From the NCBI RefSeq assembly GCF_033153115.1, contig NW_026889778.1, forward strand, positions 21,204,001 through 21,268,000: DNA of 64,000 bases, given 5' to 3'. Position numbers and translations under genes: made by a program. Numbering within the stretch: the stretch's first letter is position 1; each line of letters begins with the position of its first letter. This document shows, piece after piece, positions 1-11,408 of this stretch. Under the pieces are notes generated by a model. It ran no database searches. It was not told the origin of the DNA and saw only the letters and a program-made list of their open reading frames with translations. Source of the DNA: Saccostrea echinata (Eukaryota).

Positions 1-1644
1 TTTCCGTTAATTTGCAGATTTCTCAGAGAATCGTTTCTTATTATAAAGGTAGCAAAGCTAAATTTATACCCATGAGGTACACAATTGGTGTACTTATCAA
101 GATACTGGTTTATTCCGGGGATTGTTATCATGAATGAATCGCCATATATCTCAGCATTGGTTGAAGATGCTGCAATACTGTTTACTAACACGGCTTTGGT
201 GGAATGTATAACAGCAACTTCGTCTTCACGGACAATAAATTCAACAAACCGATTTTTCAAAACACGTGTTTTCGTTTTGATTTCTTTGGTAATATATTTT
301 ACGTTAGTTTTTGAAGCTGCTAAAATGCGTACATTTGATTGGTATCTATGAATGTTTGGTGGCACGATAAAAACATTGTCCAGTTCTTCTGCTGGTGGAA
401 CCATTTCCATAAGCATGCTGCCGTATCCACGATACCCAACATAATCATACTTATTTCCTGCAAAGACTGCAACAGGATTGGAAGAATTAATCGTTGTTCC
501 CGTCATATCTGCATTAAATCCGATTTGAAATGTTTGAAATCTGTTCAAACTGATTTTAAATGTGTCACCTTTCCCGTATTTTCTTCCCAGCAGTTTTATT
601 TTTATGGCTCGATCTGCTCTGATTACTATCTTAACAATGCGTATTGTCTTTCATTGAAGCAATGGTAAAGTGACTTCCTCTGTCTACATAGTTAGAAGGC
701 GGTGCTGTTGTTGATATGATGTAATAAGTTGAAAGTTTGTCTGTAGGGAACACTGTTGTGGTCTCTGATGATACACGGTATTCGGATAAAGACAATACAG
801 ATGACGTCACGGAGGTGCTGATGATAATAGCTTTAGATTCAGTAGTATAGTACGAAGGAATTAGAGAATAGTGTACGTCTATCTTCTTCAAGGTGACATT
901 TCCACTTCTTCGACTAGATATCGATATCAAATTTGATCTCTGACTCGCTGACAGTGAAACCGTTAATTTGAAATCAGTTTCCGATGTCACGATGATTGTT
1001 CGGTTTGTTTCGTTTGCATGCTTGTAATTTTGGATAAAGCTGACCAGAAAATTTCGCCCTCTACTACCTGTAATATATGTCTTTTTTAAATGAAGCGTTC
1101 AACATTATTAAATAATAATGAAAATACGTTATACAAGATATTTCTAACCTAATTCCTTGGTTTCCTTATCTGTTGATTTCGTCTTTTTGCTCCTACAAGA
1201 TTTGTTGATAAATTCATCCTTCGTCAATGATCGCCTTAGTTGCTGTTGCTTATCTGGTGCAGATAGCAATATATAGGTCAAAATTCTTAAAACTTCTCTG
1301 GGACAACAGGGTCGTTATTTTTCATTTTATTATGGGAGAATCCCATGCATTGCAAAGTAAGATAATTCAGATTATGGTCTGTGGGTCCAGGGTATGGTTT
1401 ACAGGAGGGGATAAGAGTTAAAAAAAAAATTACATTTAAGAAAACAATCTTTAAAAATCTTTTCAGAAAAGATAGAAAACAATATAATAATGCAGTCAAT
1501 AGAAGATTAAACAGTTTCATATTTATTTAACTCATTCTCCCAACGGTAGGTTGTGATCAAAATAAAAGATCAAATATTAACATGAAGTAAATAGGAAAAC
1601 ATTTCAGTTTTCTTCATAATTATAATAATTATATGCAAGCATCC

Positions 1645-2193
1645 CATTTGTGGATCCAGATGGTGGTTCCGGGACTGGGAACCTCTCTTTTATTTTTTTG
1701 GCCGAAAGAGATAGAGAGGGGTGATTAAGCATGTTTTCTGGAATAGATATTTTAAGTCTGGCATGGTAATTTAAGACAGCTCGATCGGCGGCAGTCTCTG
1801 CTCGTATTCCACTTGCTATAGGTATGGAGTCTCACATATTTCCTTTTCACTAGTTACCTTAACAATACCACATTTCAGCGTTTTATTTATAAGTGAATGG
1901 TAGAAAATATCCTGCTTATTCTCAACAATTTTTTTTTTTTTTGAAATATTGTAAATCCATTCAATTCTAAAGCTACAGTAGTTTGGAATGTGTTTCTTTT
2001 TTTTATATTCGGACTAGAGGGGCATTTTCAAAGAATTAAGGGACTTAAAACAAAGATATTATTAGCACCGCTTAAGATGTTTTTTTTTTTATTATCCCTG
2101 TGTGTGTGGATCTATTATTGAGTAAATGCAGGGGAAGGGGCAGCACCTGGAATCCACCAAATTTTTTTTCAAAATTTGATGGATCTGCCCCTG
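1645..2193. mobile_element. Non-autonomous DNA transposon (MITE-like), unclassified, 5-bp TSD
   Basis: Imperfect termini CATTTGTGGATCCA and (reverse complement) CAGGGGCAGATCCA, flanked by a CATCC direct repeat (1640-1644, 2194-2198). Lies in an intron of the FCGBP-like gene. Confidence 0.5.
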
Positions 2194-3711
2194 CATCCCG
2201 TTATGGGACGGACACATTTTGTTCAAATAATACCTTAAAGTTACAGTCCTACATGAAATCATCTAGAAACGCAAATATTCCCAAACGCAAATATTTCCTG
2301 TAAAATCACTAATTTTCGTAGTGGGGGGGGGGTAATTTTCGTTGCTTTCGGGGTATTAAGAGACTCAGGAATTCATGTCCCCCACGAAATATAAAATGTT
2401 ATATGCCTAACTACTCAAAAATTCTTCATCCACGAAATCAAATCCCAACAAACCCATCCTTTTTTCTTAAACCAGAAAATCTGTGATTGTACACTATTCT
2501 CCAAAACAACAAAAACACGATATTAAGCAATCTTGATATTCAATTTCCAACGTGTGGATTTGAGTTTGGCTAGGTTATGAGGGTAAAAAGAAAACATAAT
2601 ACAGGTTCAAATTTTATGGAAATATGGAGACAAATTATCTTAAAAAAACAGGAGGAACAAAATGACTTAGATGAAAATTGTGACCCATGGACTTTTTTTT
2701 GGGGGGGGGGGGGTGCATGCACTGTTTGTTATATTTTTACAATCAATTTTACGTGCCATATTCCTGCGAATAGAATGCAATGGAAATATGAATTACCTTT
2801 AGTTTTACTCCCATCAAGTCCATACAATGCACTCATCAATGCCAGTCCGCAGATCAGAACGACGATAAGGAGAACGACCAACACACGTTTTAATGATCTT
2901 CTCGATTCATTGTGTTGATTTATGTCCGTGTTGAGGTTCCTTTGTTCTATATTTCTCATTTCTCTGGACTGCATTTGAAGCTTAAGTACAATCGAACATT
3001 GAAAAAATAAAATATCTAAATATAGTTTACTGGTTGAAAGTATGTTTTTTTTATTGGAATATATTTATATTTTAAGATATTTAACAAAGTTTTACCTCTT
3101 GATATCCTTCACCAGTTTCTGCTTCCTTTGAAAAGAAAATGACAATGATCTGTTCTATAATTAGATTTAAGAAGTTCCTCAGTATGATACAATTTTGTTC
3201 TACTTAAGTTTTCAACAGTGAAAAAAGGCCCAAAAATAAACTTGACACCGTAATTCGAATGTTCATTGATCAATGATTAATTTGTATAAAGGTAGTTTGC
3301 TTCCCAAATCCTATGAATGTGGGTTTTGTGTCATGATTTCGTGTATTTCCTTGTTTTTAACTGGTTTAATAGGAAAATTCTGTTATAAATATTTGTTTTA
3401 GTAATACCGGTAATAAAGTAAGTGCAAACTGTATTATAAATTTCTTTAATCTTTTTTAGGCATCCTTTGTCCTTATACACATGTGTCTGGACTCTATATA
3501 AATATTTTCTTGCATACAAAGACGAAAGACTGTTTTAGACATTAGTTTTTTCTACATGTATCGATTATATTATAAAATAAGGGGGAAATCGATAAAACTG
3601 TTTTTAAAAACTTTTAGTTAAAGTAACCTTTCAATAATCATTATGTAATAATATTTATCTACTGATTTGTTAAATTTATCAATTCATTTATTTATTCATT
3701 CATTTAATATT

Positions 3712-4183
3712 ATATATATACTTTTATGTTAAATACTAAAATCTGATTGGTTTAGACGCAGTTAATAATCCGTGTTGTTATACCTTTAAAAATTTGACCC
3801 TGTATTAATCAATATTAATAAAAGTCTAACATTTCCAATGTTTTACTGAGCGGGCATAAAAAAAATCGATGTTTGACCGCGGAGTGAGATATTGGACCTG
3901 TCGATGAGATGTTGGACCGCTTACGTCACTTAATGGGCGGGGTCAGCTAAATCTCATTTGCATTCGTTAGTGGTCGACAAACTTGTATGTCAAAAAATAT
4001 AATTAAATAAATAAATAAAAGGTATAACAACACATTTATTAACTATGTTCTAGGGCAAAATGCGTTTTGTCGACCCCTCGAACCAAACTGTTTGCCTTCG
4101 GCCTAACGGCCTCAGGCAAACAGTTTGGTTCTTGGGTCCGACAAAACGCATGTTGACCTCGAACCCAGTCAATAAATCTATAA
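3712..4183. mobile_element. Palindrome-bearing non-autonomous element (Crypton-like by recollection)
   Basis: Inverted pair GTGTTGTTATACCTTT (3772-3787) / AAAGGTATAACAACAC (4018-4033), plus a long imperfect hairpin 4034-4177 centred on TCGGCCTAACGGCCTC. Element boundaries are approximate. Confidence 0.55.
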
Positions 4184-4555
4184 TGTTACCCTCATCATTA
4201 GCAACTCACTTGACAACTGGTACAATATAACACAACGAAAATGTTACATGCGTGCAATTCATGTGCGTACGGTTCAACGTAGAATTCTCAAATCGTCCGT
4301 TGTGCGTTTGAAAGAAGTCGAATAAATTTTATGTCAATGAAAGCTTGCATCCAATGTACATGTAGCTTACTTGAAAACAACAAAAGATAGACGAAGCATG
4401 CTTGCGTGTACAGAAATAACGAAACTTTAGATGATAAAGGACTCATAAACAAACAATAAAGAGGTCGGTAAATCTTTTTCGAAGCTTTCTTATTGAGAAA
4501 AATAGAAGCGGGGAGTTTGAAAGCTTTCTAAACGTGAACGTAAAGGCGATCGACG

Positions 4556-4612
<57 letters not shown>

Positions 4613-4653
4613 ACATCCTAAGTCAAAAAGACATTCAGTATAATAAAATAAAT

Positions 4654-4787
4654 GGTGCGTGTTTTGGAGGGTAACAGTTGAAATTGACACCCTCAGAAAA
4701 CAAATTGTCAACCTCCGCTGACGCGTCGGTTGACAATGGTTTTCCTTTGGGTGTCAATTTCAACTGTTACCCTCCAAAACAGGCACC
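4654..4787. repeat. Long inverted repeat (hairpin), probably part of a non-autonomous element
   Basis: GGTGCGTGTTTTGGAGGGTAACAGTTGAAATTGACACCC ... GGGTGTCAATTTCAACTGTTACCCTCCAAAACAGGCACC, with arms of about 60 bp. Confidence 0.85.
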
Positions 4788-5224
4788 TTTTTTTTATATT
4801 CAGAAATATACCTTATTTGCAAGTCATACTGATTATTATTTTTTGTTTACTATCTTTCTGTATTTTTTTTCATTCTTATTTTTTATTGACTGATTTATTT
4901 AATGATTTATTTATCATTTATTTACTTTTTGTTACTGACAACTGCTTACTGTCAACTGTCACTGCTTATAGATGATATTGAATATTTATTTATCTTTAAT
5001 ATCTTTAATACGCATGCTTGAATAAACCCTATGATAGCAAGAATATTATAATAATAATAACAAAAATTGACAGATTCTGAAATTTTTAAACGGTGAAGAC
5101 GAGGAAGGAATAAATAGGGGGAAGGAGTATTTCTTCTTACATACAAAACATCTCATTTCCACATTTCCTTGCGGTCAAATAATTAAATAGCATTTTTGGA
5201 CGGGGAGAGATTAAAGGCACCACT

Positions 5225-5268
<44 letters not shown>

Positions 5269-6312
5269 CCACAGATCGTACATCTAATGTTAACCATTTA
5301 AACGATTTAAATGTAAAAATTCACAAATACAGGTACCTTTGATAGAGTACAAAGAAGCACTAAAAGATAGCACATCACCAGATTTTCAAATACTCATGCT
5401 CAATACTCTTAAATATCTCCGTATGTTAAACGTATGTAAAAATTAACATATCAGATTGGTAAAGTACATTTTTGTATTTGTTATGTCATTTGAAATTGGT
5501 TATAACATGATTATTTTCCTGTTTTTAGTCTTCAAACATACTCCCCTTTCAACAATAAAACCTTTGATATGAATTCATAAAACCTGTAAAAAAAGAATTG
5601 TTATTTCACGGAGGGAGGGAGATGTTTTCAAAATAAATTCCGTTTTCTGTCGATTTTCTATGGTGAAATTCAGAAGTATTACCAACTTTCTACCTTTGAT
5701 TTCCGATTTAAATTATGTTTTATGAAAATTCACATAAATAGCTACATGTATATGAATATGAAAAAAATCATTCAAATATGTTAACTTTTGAAAATTGACC
5801 TGTAGATAGTAGACAGAACATCATTATTGTTCTTCGTTCTTTTCTTGCTATCATAGAATTTATTCAAACATGAGTATTAAAGATAGTAAGATAACAAAAT
5901 CGGCAATATCATCTATAGGCAGTGAGCAGTTGAAAGAAAGCGGTTGATTGTCTTACATGGAATTCCATATTTTTTATATTATTTTTTTTTATTATTATTA
6001 TTTTATTTGTTTCTTTCTGTTTTCTAATCTATCGAGTAAAGCAATTAAATGTGCCTACTTGTTAAAAAAAGAGACAATCATTCAATGTTTTTCTGTCAAT
6101 ATTTCAGATTCAGAGAAAAAACTATAGAATGTTCAACTAACACATGAATAGTACATGTAATGGCATTAATTGTCGTCTTGGATGTCTTTTTTGAAGTTCA
6201 AGCCAATACATTAATCATTATACACTTGTTTTAATGATTGTCATATAAAATCACATAAAGAAATTACATGTAATAAAATTATGTATTTTGTATGTTGGTT
6301 ATTATTATAGTA

Positions 6313-7364
6313 CAGTCATTCTACAAAAAACATGCCCAATTGAGAATTGTTTGTGCCGCTTACAAATTTACCGTTGTAATATCTTAGCTATAAGTTTAAA
6401 GACTAATTTCAACTCTTAGACTTAACATACATACATGTACATGGTTTTGTAAATATTTGCAGATATATATGCAGTTTAAGTTTTGATACGAACAAAATGT
6501 GATGTGGAAAAACGTATTACACTGCAAATCTTAATGTCGCTTCATTCATTGCAAATTTCAAGATAAAATTTTCAGTCGTATAAGCGTTCCGAATAGATTG
6601 CACGGAATGTTAAAAAAAAATTGTTCCTAATAGTATACAAAAAGAAAACAAACCACTTCTCATAAAGAAATGTCGCTGAAAATCGATTAACTTCCGTAAC
6701 GATTTTGTTTTAAATTGCACGCTCAGAAAGTTACCTGAGAGTGACCATGAAACCTAATATCATCGATTCTAGTTGCGACCTAGCTAATTTAGATCATTAC
6801 ATTTTCGACGAAATGAATTAGACAAAAACAGCTTTAAAAAAATTTCCTTAACGGTAATTCAGGAAAGTTCTTGCATTAAAGGTATAAAAAAAATTATTAT
6901 TTTGGGAGCGAAGTGTTTCATTCTTTTGTTTAACATCTTTAAACAAACGTTAATTTTAACCCTTGCCGAGAATTTCAACTTTTATTGTACTTCCGTAACG
7001 ATTAACTTCCATAACGATATTTTTATCGAAATTTCTAGTTAATAGCGGATACATGCGAAACTTCATGAATCATACTATATTGAACATCGGAAAACGAAAA
7101 ATTGGTCAAATTCAGCTTCATTTAAAAATTAATAAGACTTGTTCAAGAATTAACTTGCGTATTATTACCTTAAAATCTATGGTATATTGAAATTGTTGTA
7201 AACCGTTAACGATACCAGATTTGTGGACAATTCTTTTTTTTTTTTTTTTCAAGTTCACGGATATGTCCTATAGAGAATTGTGATATTTATTTTGCTATTT
7301 GAAACAATTATTTTTGCTTGTTTGTTTTATACCCTGAATTGGTCCTTTTATCGTAGAATGACTG
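6313..7364. mobile_element. Tc1/mariner-type non-autonomous element (MITE)
   Basis: TA-CAGTCATTCTAC ... GTAGAATGACTG-TA: 12-bp perfect TIR extending imperfectly to ~28 bp, with a TA TSD. Internal ATTAACTTCCGTAACGAT-like repeats. No ORF. Confidence 0.75.
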
Positions 7365-8093
7365 TATAATCTTTAAGAAATATTCGGGTTAGATATATAA
7401 TCTATATATAAAAACTTGTAAAGACGAAGCCGTTGCAAAGAGTGCATTTTGAATAAAACAGTGACAGTATTTTTGTTACTTACTCTCAAAACTTAAATAT
7501 CATTTAAATATTTAATTGATAAGGATATTTTCTTACACATTCCGTGTACATGTGATGATCCTCTTTATCGTCAAATCTATTTGCATTGGAGTACTGAAGA
7601 TTCATGATCATTTTCTGTCTGTTTACCTGTTGAAAACAATTATAACTCATCATATGTTGTCTCTAACGTGAATATCTAGTAATGGTCCAATTTTTGCAAT
7701 ACAGGTATATTAGCATCTTTTATATTTAAGCTGTATTTAAGAAATTTAAGCTATTTAACTCCTTACAACTAAATTCAATTAATCCTTTATTGGTTTAAGA
7801 CTTTATAATTCAGCAATTTCGATGTTCAGAGATACTTATATCTGATTGGTTTATCGGAAAGAAGTAAAGAAATTTGAAAAATGCAAAAAATGCTTTGTCT
7901 TTGAAATTAAACTGTTTACCGGTATTAATACTGTTTCATATGCTTTTTCATGTTGTAGACGGGAAAGCCATATGACATTATTAACCGACTTAAAAGTTGA
8001 CTGGAATTAGAAATATCTTTCATTCAACTGCAGTGTATAACAGAAGTTGAGAAGTTTTGGGATTCTATTACGAACACACAACTGGCATGTGTT

Positions 8094-8130
8094 AACAAGA
8101 GCCCCATGGGCCACATCGCTCACCTGAAGA
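8094..8130 (+). mobile_element. Terminal fragment of a Helentron-type non-autonomous element (HINE-like)
   Basis: AACAAGAGCCCCATGGGCCACATCGCTCACCTGA, recognised as the AACAAG-initiated terminus common in oyster repeats. The other end was not found. Confidence 0.5.
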
Positions 8131-9805
8131 CATTGGTCAGGAAAAAGCAGAAATCATTTACAAAAAATATTTTCAATACATTTGAAAACTGACCATAAAA
8201 ATGTTTAATAATAGTTTCTAGTATAATTTATGATATGTATCCAGCATAGATTTATCTCCGAGGGCGCCTTTTACTTGAAACAAAACTAAGAAACAAACAT
8301 TACTCCTAGAATTCATTTCCAGAATTATTTAAGTTCATATTATATGATACATGTGAAACAACGAGATACTTGGACATTCAAAACTCAAATGATTCCTGCT
8401 GATTGTCTAATTGGTGCGCTTTCTTAACGTGTATAAATTTTATTGAAGAAACATTTGTCTATGATGTCAAAAAGCCTAGTCTTTTTTATCTTGAGGAATT
8501 GTTGCAAAAAGTGTTGAAAAGTCATACTTTTAAATGCTTATGACTTTGATAAAATTTGGTGATCCCGGATTTTGAAAAAAAAAATCCTTAAAGATATTAG
8601 AGTTTATAATGATCATCATTGTCTATCATTGTTTTCTAGAATACATGCATATTGTTATACAGTACTCCTGAAGTTTCTCCTTCACAACTGTCAATATATT
8701 CGTGAGGAGAAAAGAAGAGGATTGAATTGGTAGAATTTTTTTTTTCTAAAACCCGCTATGTATTTTTGTTTGTAAGGAATTTTATGAAGTTTTAGAATCC
8801 AGTAAAGGTATAAAGGTATGGTGATTTCAATTCAATTTGATTATTTGAATTAGAAAACAATTAAAACTTACATATCATTTATGAAGAATCTTATATTTAG
8901 AAAGGGTACTATAAGTAAAAGCTAGATTACCCTGGTAGAATTAAATTCATGTTCTTCTAAAAGGCAACTATAATAATGAGCCTTACAAACAAAGTGTGTT
9001 TTTACCTGATTTAAAATGAATTACATTCATCTTATCCTATTATCAACCAAGTGAATTCAAATTTTTTTTATATTTCAATACATTCGCTAAAACTGATATC
9101 ACATCATAATTTTGGTCGATACAAATCGTTTCGGAAAGCCTCGGTACTTTTTGTCATGTGTCTTGATATTTTTTCTTTGAATTGAAATATGGAGATAACG
9201 AACAGTCCCGAAGTGTTTTTTTTTTTCATAACAAAACAGCAACGTCTGTGTATCATTAGCCCCTTGAAAAATACGTAAGTTTTCTTGTCTACATCCGTTG
9301 TATATTTAACTCAAACTTACAATTTTACATAATACTACTACAATTGTACCCCTGCATACTTGAAAATAAAATAAAGGTCTCAATATGGTTATGCCAACAA
9401 AATTTACCACGCACTGGCAGACGTTTGACTAAATGTCTTGTTTATTGCTAGATGGTTGTTTTCCTTTACGAGGAAGAAACAACAATTAGGTATACGAAAA
9501 ACAAAAGTTGAATTGTTTTAATGATACAAGCTGCATTTTGCAAAATATGTTTGTAAATATCTGCAATATCTTTATCGGTTAATTATAATCCCTTTTATCT
9601 GGCGAACATAGAGAGAATGTTACCATTTTGTTGGCAACATTATAATAATGAGGTGTACTTTTTTTCTGGTCAGCTGTATAAAAAATTCATTTGCAAGATT
9701 TCATCAGGCTCTCATCTCTTTTTCAAATATCATCAAATTTCTTGAATTCCTTTTTTAAAGGCTTATAATAATCAATTAAATGTATGTCATTCCAATATGT
9801 CTAAA

Positions 9806-10062
9806 TTTGGTAGAGCGCTCACTCAATGATCAGAAGGTCATTGGTTTGCACCCATGTCGAGACAAACCTTAAGTCGTTAATTATTGATAACTTTTTCATT
9901 GCCAAAGCTCGGCACTTTGTACAGAAAGTCGCTGGTTTTTCGGTTAAGACTTTCAAAACCAAGGCCCAGACAACAGACGTTGGCATCTTAAGGAACTCCA
10001 ACTGCTTAATGGCCGAGTACCGAGAGAAGGTCTAAAATTGACACACTTCACGAGTATCTAAC
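9806..10062 (+). mobile_element. Degenerate tRNA-derived SINE (older copy of the 11056 family)
   Basis: Colinear similarity to 11056-11408: TGGTAGAGCGCTC, CCTTAAGTCGTTAA, GCCAAAGCTCGGCACTTTG, GACGTTGGCA, CTGCTTAATGGCC, AAGGTCTAAAATTGA. Confidence 0.7.
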
Positions 10063-11055
10063 GTTCCAGGAAACGTATGGCTAGAAATATATTTTAAATT
10101 TTCAATATCTTCAAACATTTTGTTTATTTTAACAAACCTTTCATTGTAAAAAAAAAGCAGGAAACAAAAAAAGTTAGATAGTTTACTTCATGTATGAATC
10201 TACCATTTAACAAAGACAATGCAACAATTTTCAAAATACACATGTAATACAGATATCCTTTAAAGGTTAATTTTCTGAATTATTAAAGTAAAAGTAGAAG
10301 CAGTGAAAATTACTTAAAATAAACAATGGAGTTCTAAACAGGGTATTCATTACACTTTAAAAATAAATCCCAAGTTATTTTAAATAATATGGTGCCCTAC
10401 TTCTAAAATTGTGAAATTGATTACTTCATAAATATTCATGAGAAAGAAACGGACCATTTTCACTGTATGCCATTGTACATTTTACTACATTTGTTTCTCG
10501 CCTACTAACAAAGCAAATATTGAAATTCAAACATTATAAATGACAGTAGATATATTCACATCATTCGAAATAAGTCGTGAAATGCTTGAGAGCTTATGAT
10601 CCATTCAAGGCAATAAAACTCTAATTCTTTCTTTATTTCATTTTTTTCAAATCAACTTTAAAAAAACATTAACAAAACACAAATATAGCGTTTGATATGA
10701 AAAGAAACATGAATAAATCAGTTACCTGCATTACCTTCTAGATTCTTTGAATTTCTTCAGGAATTTCTAGTCATTGCTGCAATGGATCATAGTTTTGCAA
10801 TATCTCATTATATATATTAGGCTACCTTTAAAGAGGAAGGAAAATGAAAATGCTCCAAACTTAGATGATTTGGACATCCTCCAAACACCAAAAAATAGTC
10901 CTTTTGTTCCTTAATTTCCGATCCGTTAGATGATTGCATAATGTTCCAAACAAATGAGGATCGTGTAAAAGTGATGAATAAAACCATTTGAAGAAAATCC
11001 TAGCAGTCTTATATACTCATTTTACATGTATTATACAACTATATGATGCAAATAT

Positions 11056-11408
11056 GCCGTTCACGGTAGCTCAGTCGGTAGAGCGCTCGCTCCGTGATAG
11101 GAAGATCGTGAGTTCGAATCTCGGCCGTGACTGGCCTAAGTCGATAAAAATAGGTAGCAAGTGTTCCTTCGCCATGCGCTCGGCACTTTGAAGTGAAAGT
11201 TGCGGGTCCTTCGGATGAGACCTTAAACACCGAGGCCCCGTGTCAAGGCAGGCGTTGGCACGATAAAGATCCCTCACTGCTCAATGGCCCTGAGTGTCGA
11301 GTAAAGGTCAAAATTTGAAGCCCTTTACCGGTATATGGTGACGTCTCTTAATGAATGAAAAATTCTCGAATGGGACGTAAAACATCATACAATCAATCAA
11401 TTAATCAT
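11056..11408 (+). mobile_element. tRNA-derived SINE with Deu/Nin-like core (Meta+Deu bivalve SINE type)
   Basis: Pol III A box TAGCTCAGTCGG and B box GTTCGAATC. The central CCTTCGGATGAGACCTTAAACACCGAGGCCCCG...AAAGATCCC resembles the Deu domain. 3' (CAAT)n tail. Confidence 0.8.

Larger units (their letters stand above)
1..4198 (-). pseudogene. Type II single-pass membrane protein with IgGFc-binding protein N-terminal (FCGBP-like) domain; frameshifted at ~639 (pseudogene or sequence error); 3' end lies outside the window
   Basis: Phase-consistent GT-AG exons: 4198-4190 (MMR, least certain), 3125-3096 (EAETGEGYQE), 2980-2797 (includes TM segment VLVVLLIVVLICGLALMSALYGL after KR), 1253-1149, and 1067-<1. 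The last exon reads GSRGRNFLVSFIQNY...FPTDKLSTYYII...FTIASMKDNT. After skipping one base near 639 it continues IVKIVI...FQTFQIGFNADMTGTTINSSNPVAVFAGN...LMEMVPP...GDSFMITIPGINQY, open to position 1. These match the typical IgGFc_binding domain motifs. Confidence 0.8.

Noticed and set aside
85-668. Plus-strand ORFs 85..351 and 339..668, and similar short ORFs overlapping the TLR, LRR and GPCR exons
   Set aside because: Antisense or alternate-frame shadows of real coding exons, with no recognisable motifs.
2233-2298. AG...GT-bounded segment on the minus strand as an extra exon of the FCGBP-like gene
   Set aside because: Stop codons in all three frames, and the flanking exons already join in phase.
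4490-5268. Poly-Lys ORF and long poly-T runs
   Set aside because: Homopolymer tracts whose length is unreliable and which carry no coding signal.
11056-11130. Possible tRNA gene
   Set aside because: It has A/B boxes but continues directly into a SINE body and tail, with no clean acceptor stem or oligo-T terminator.
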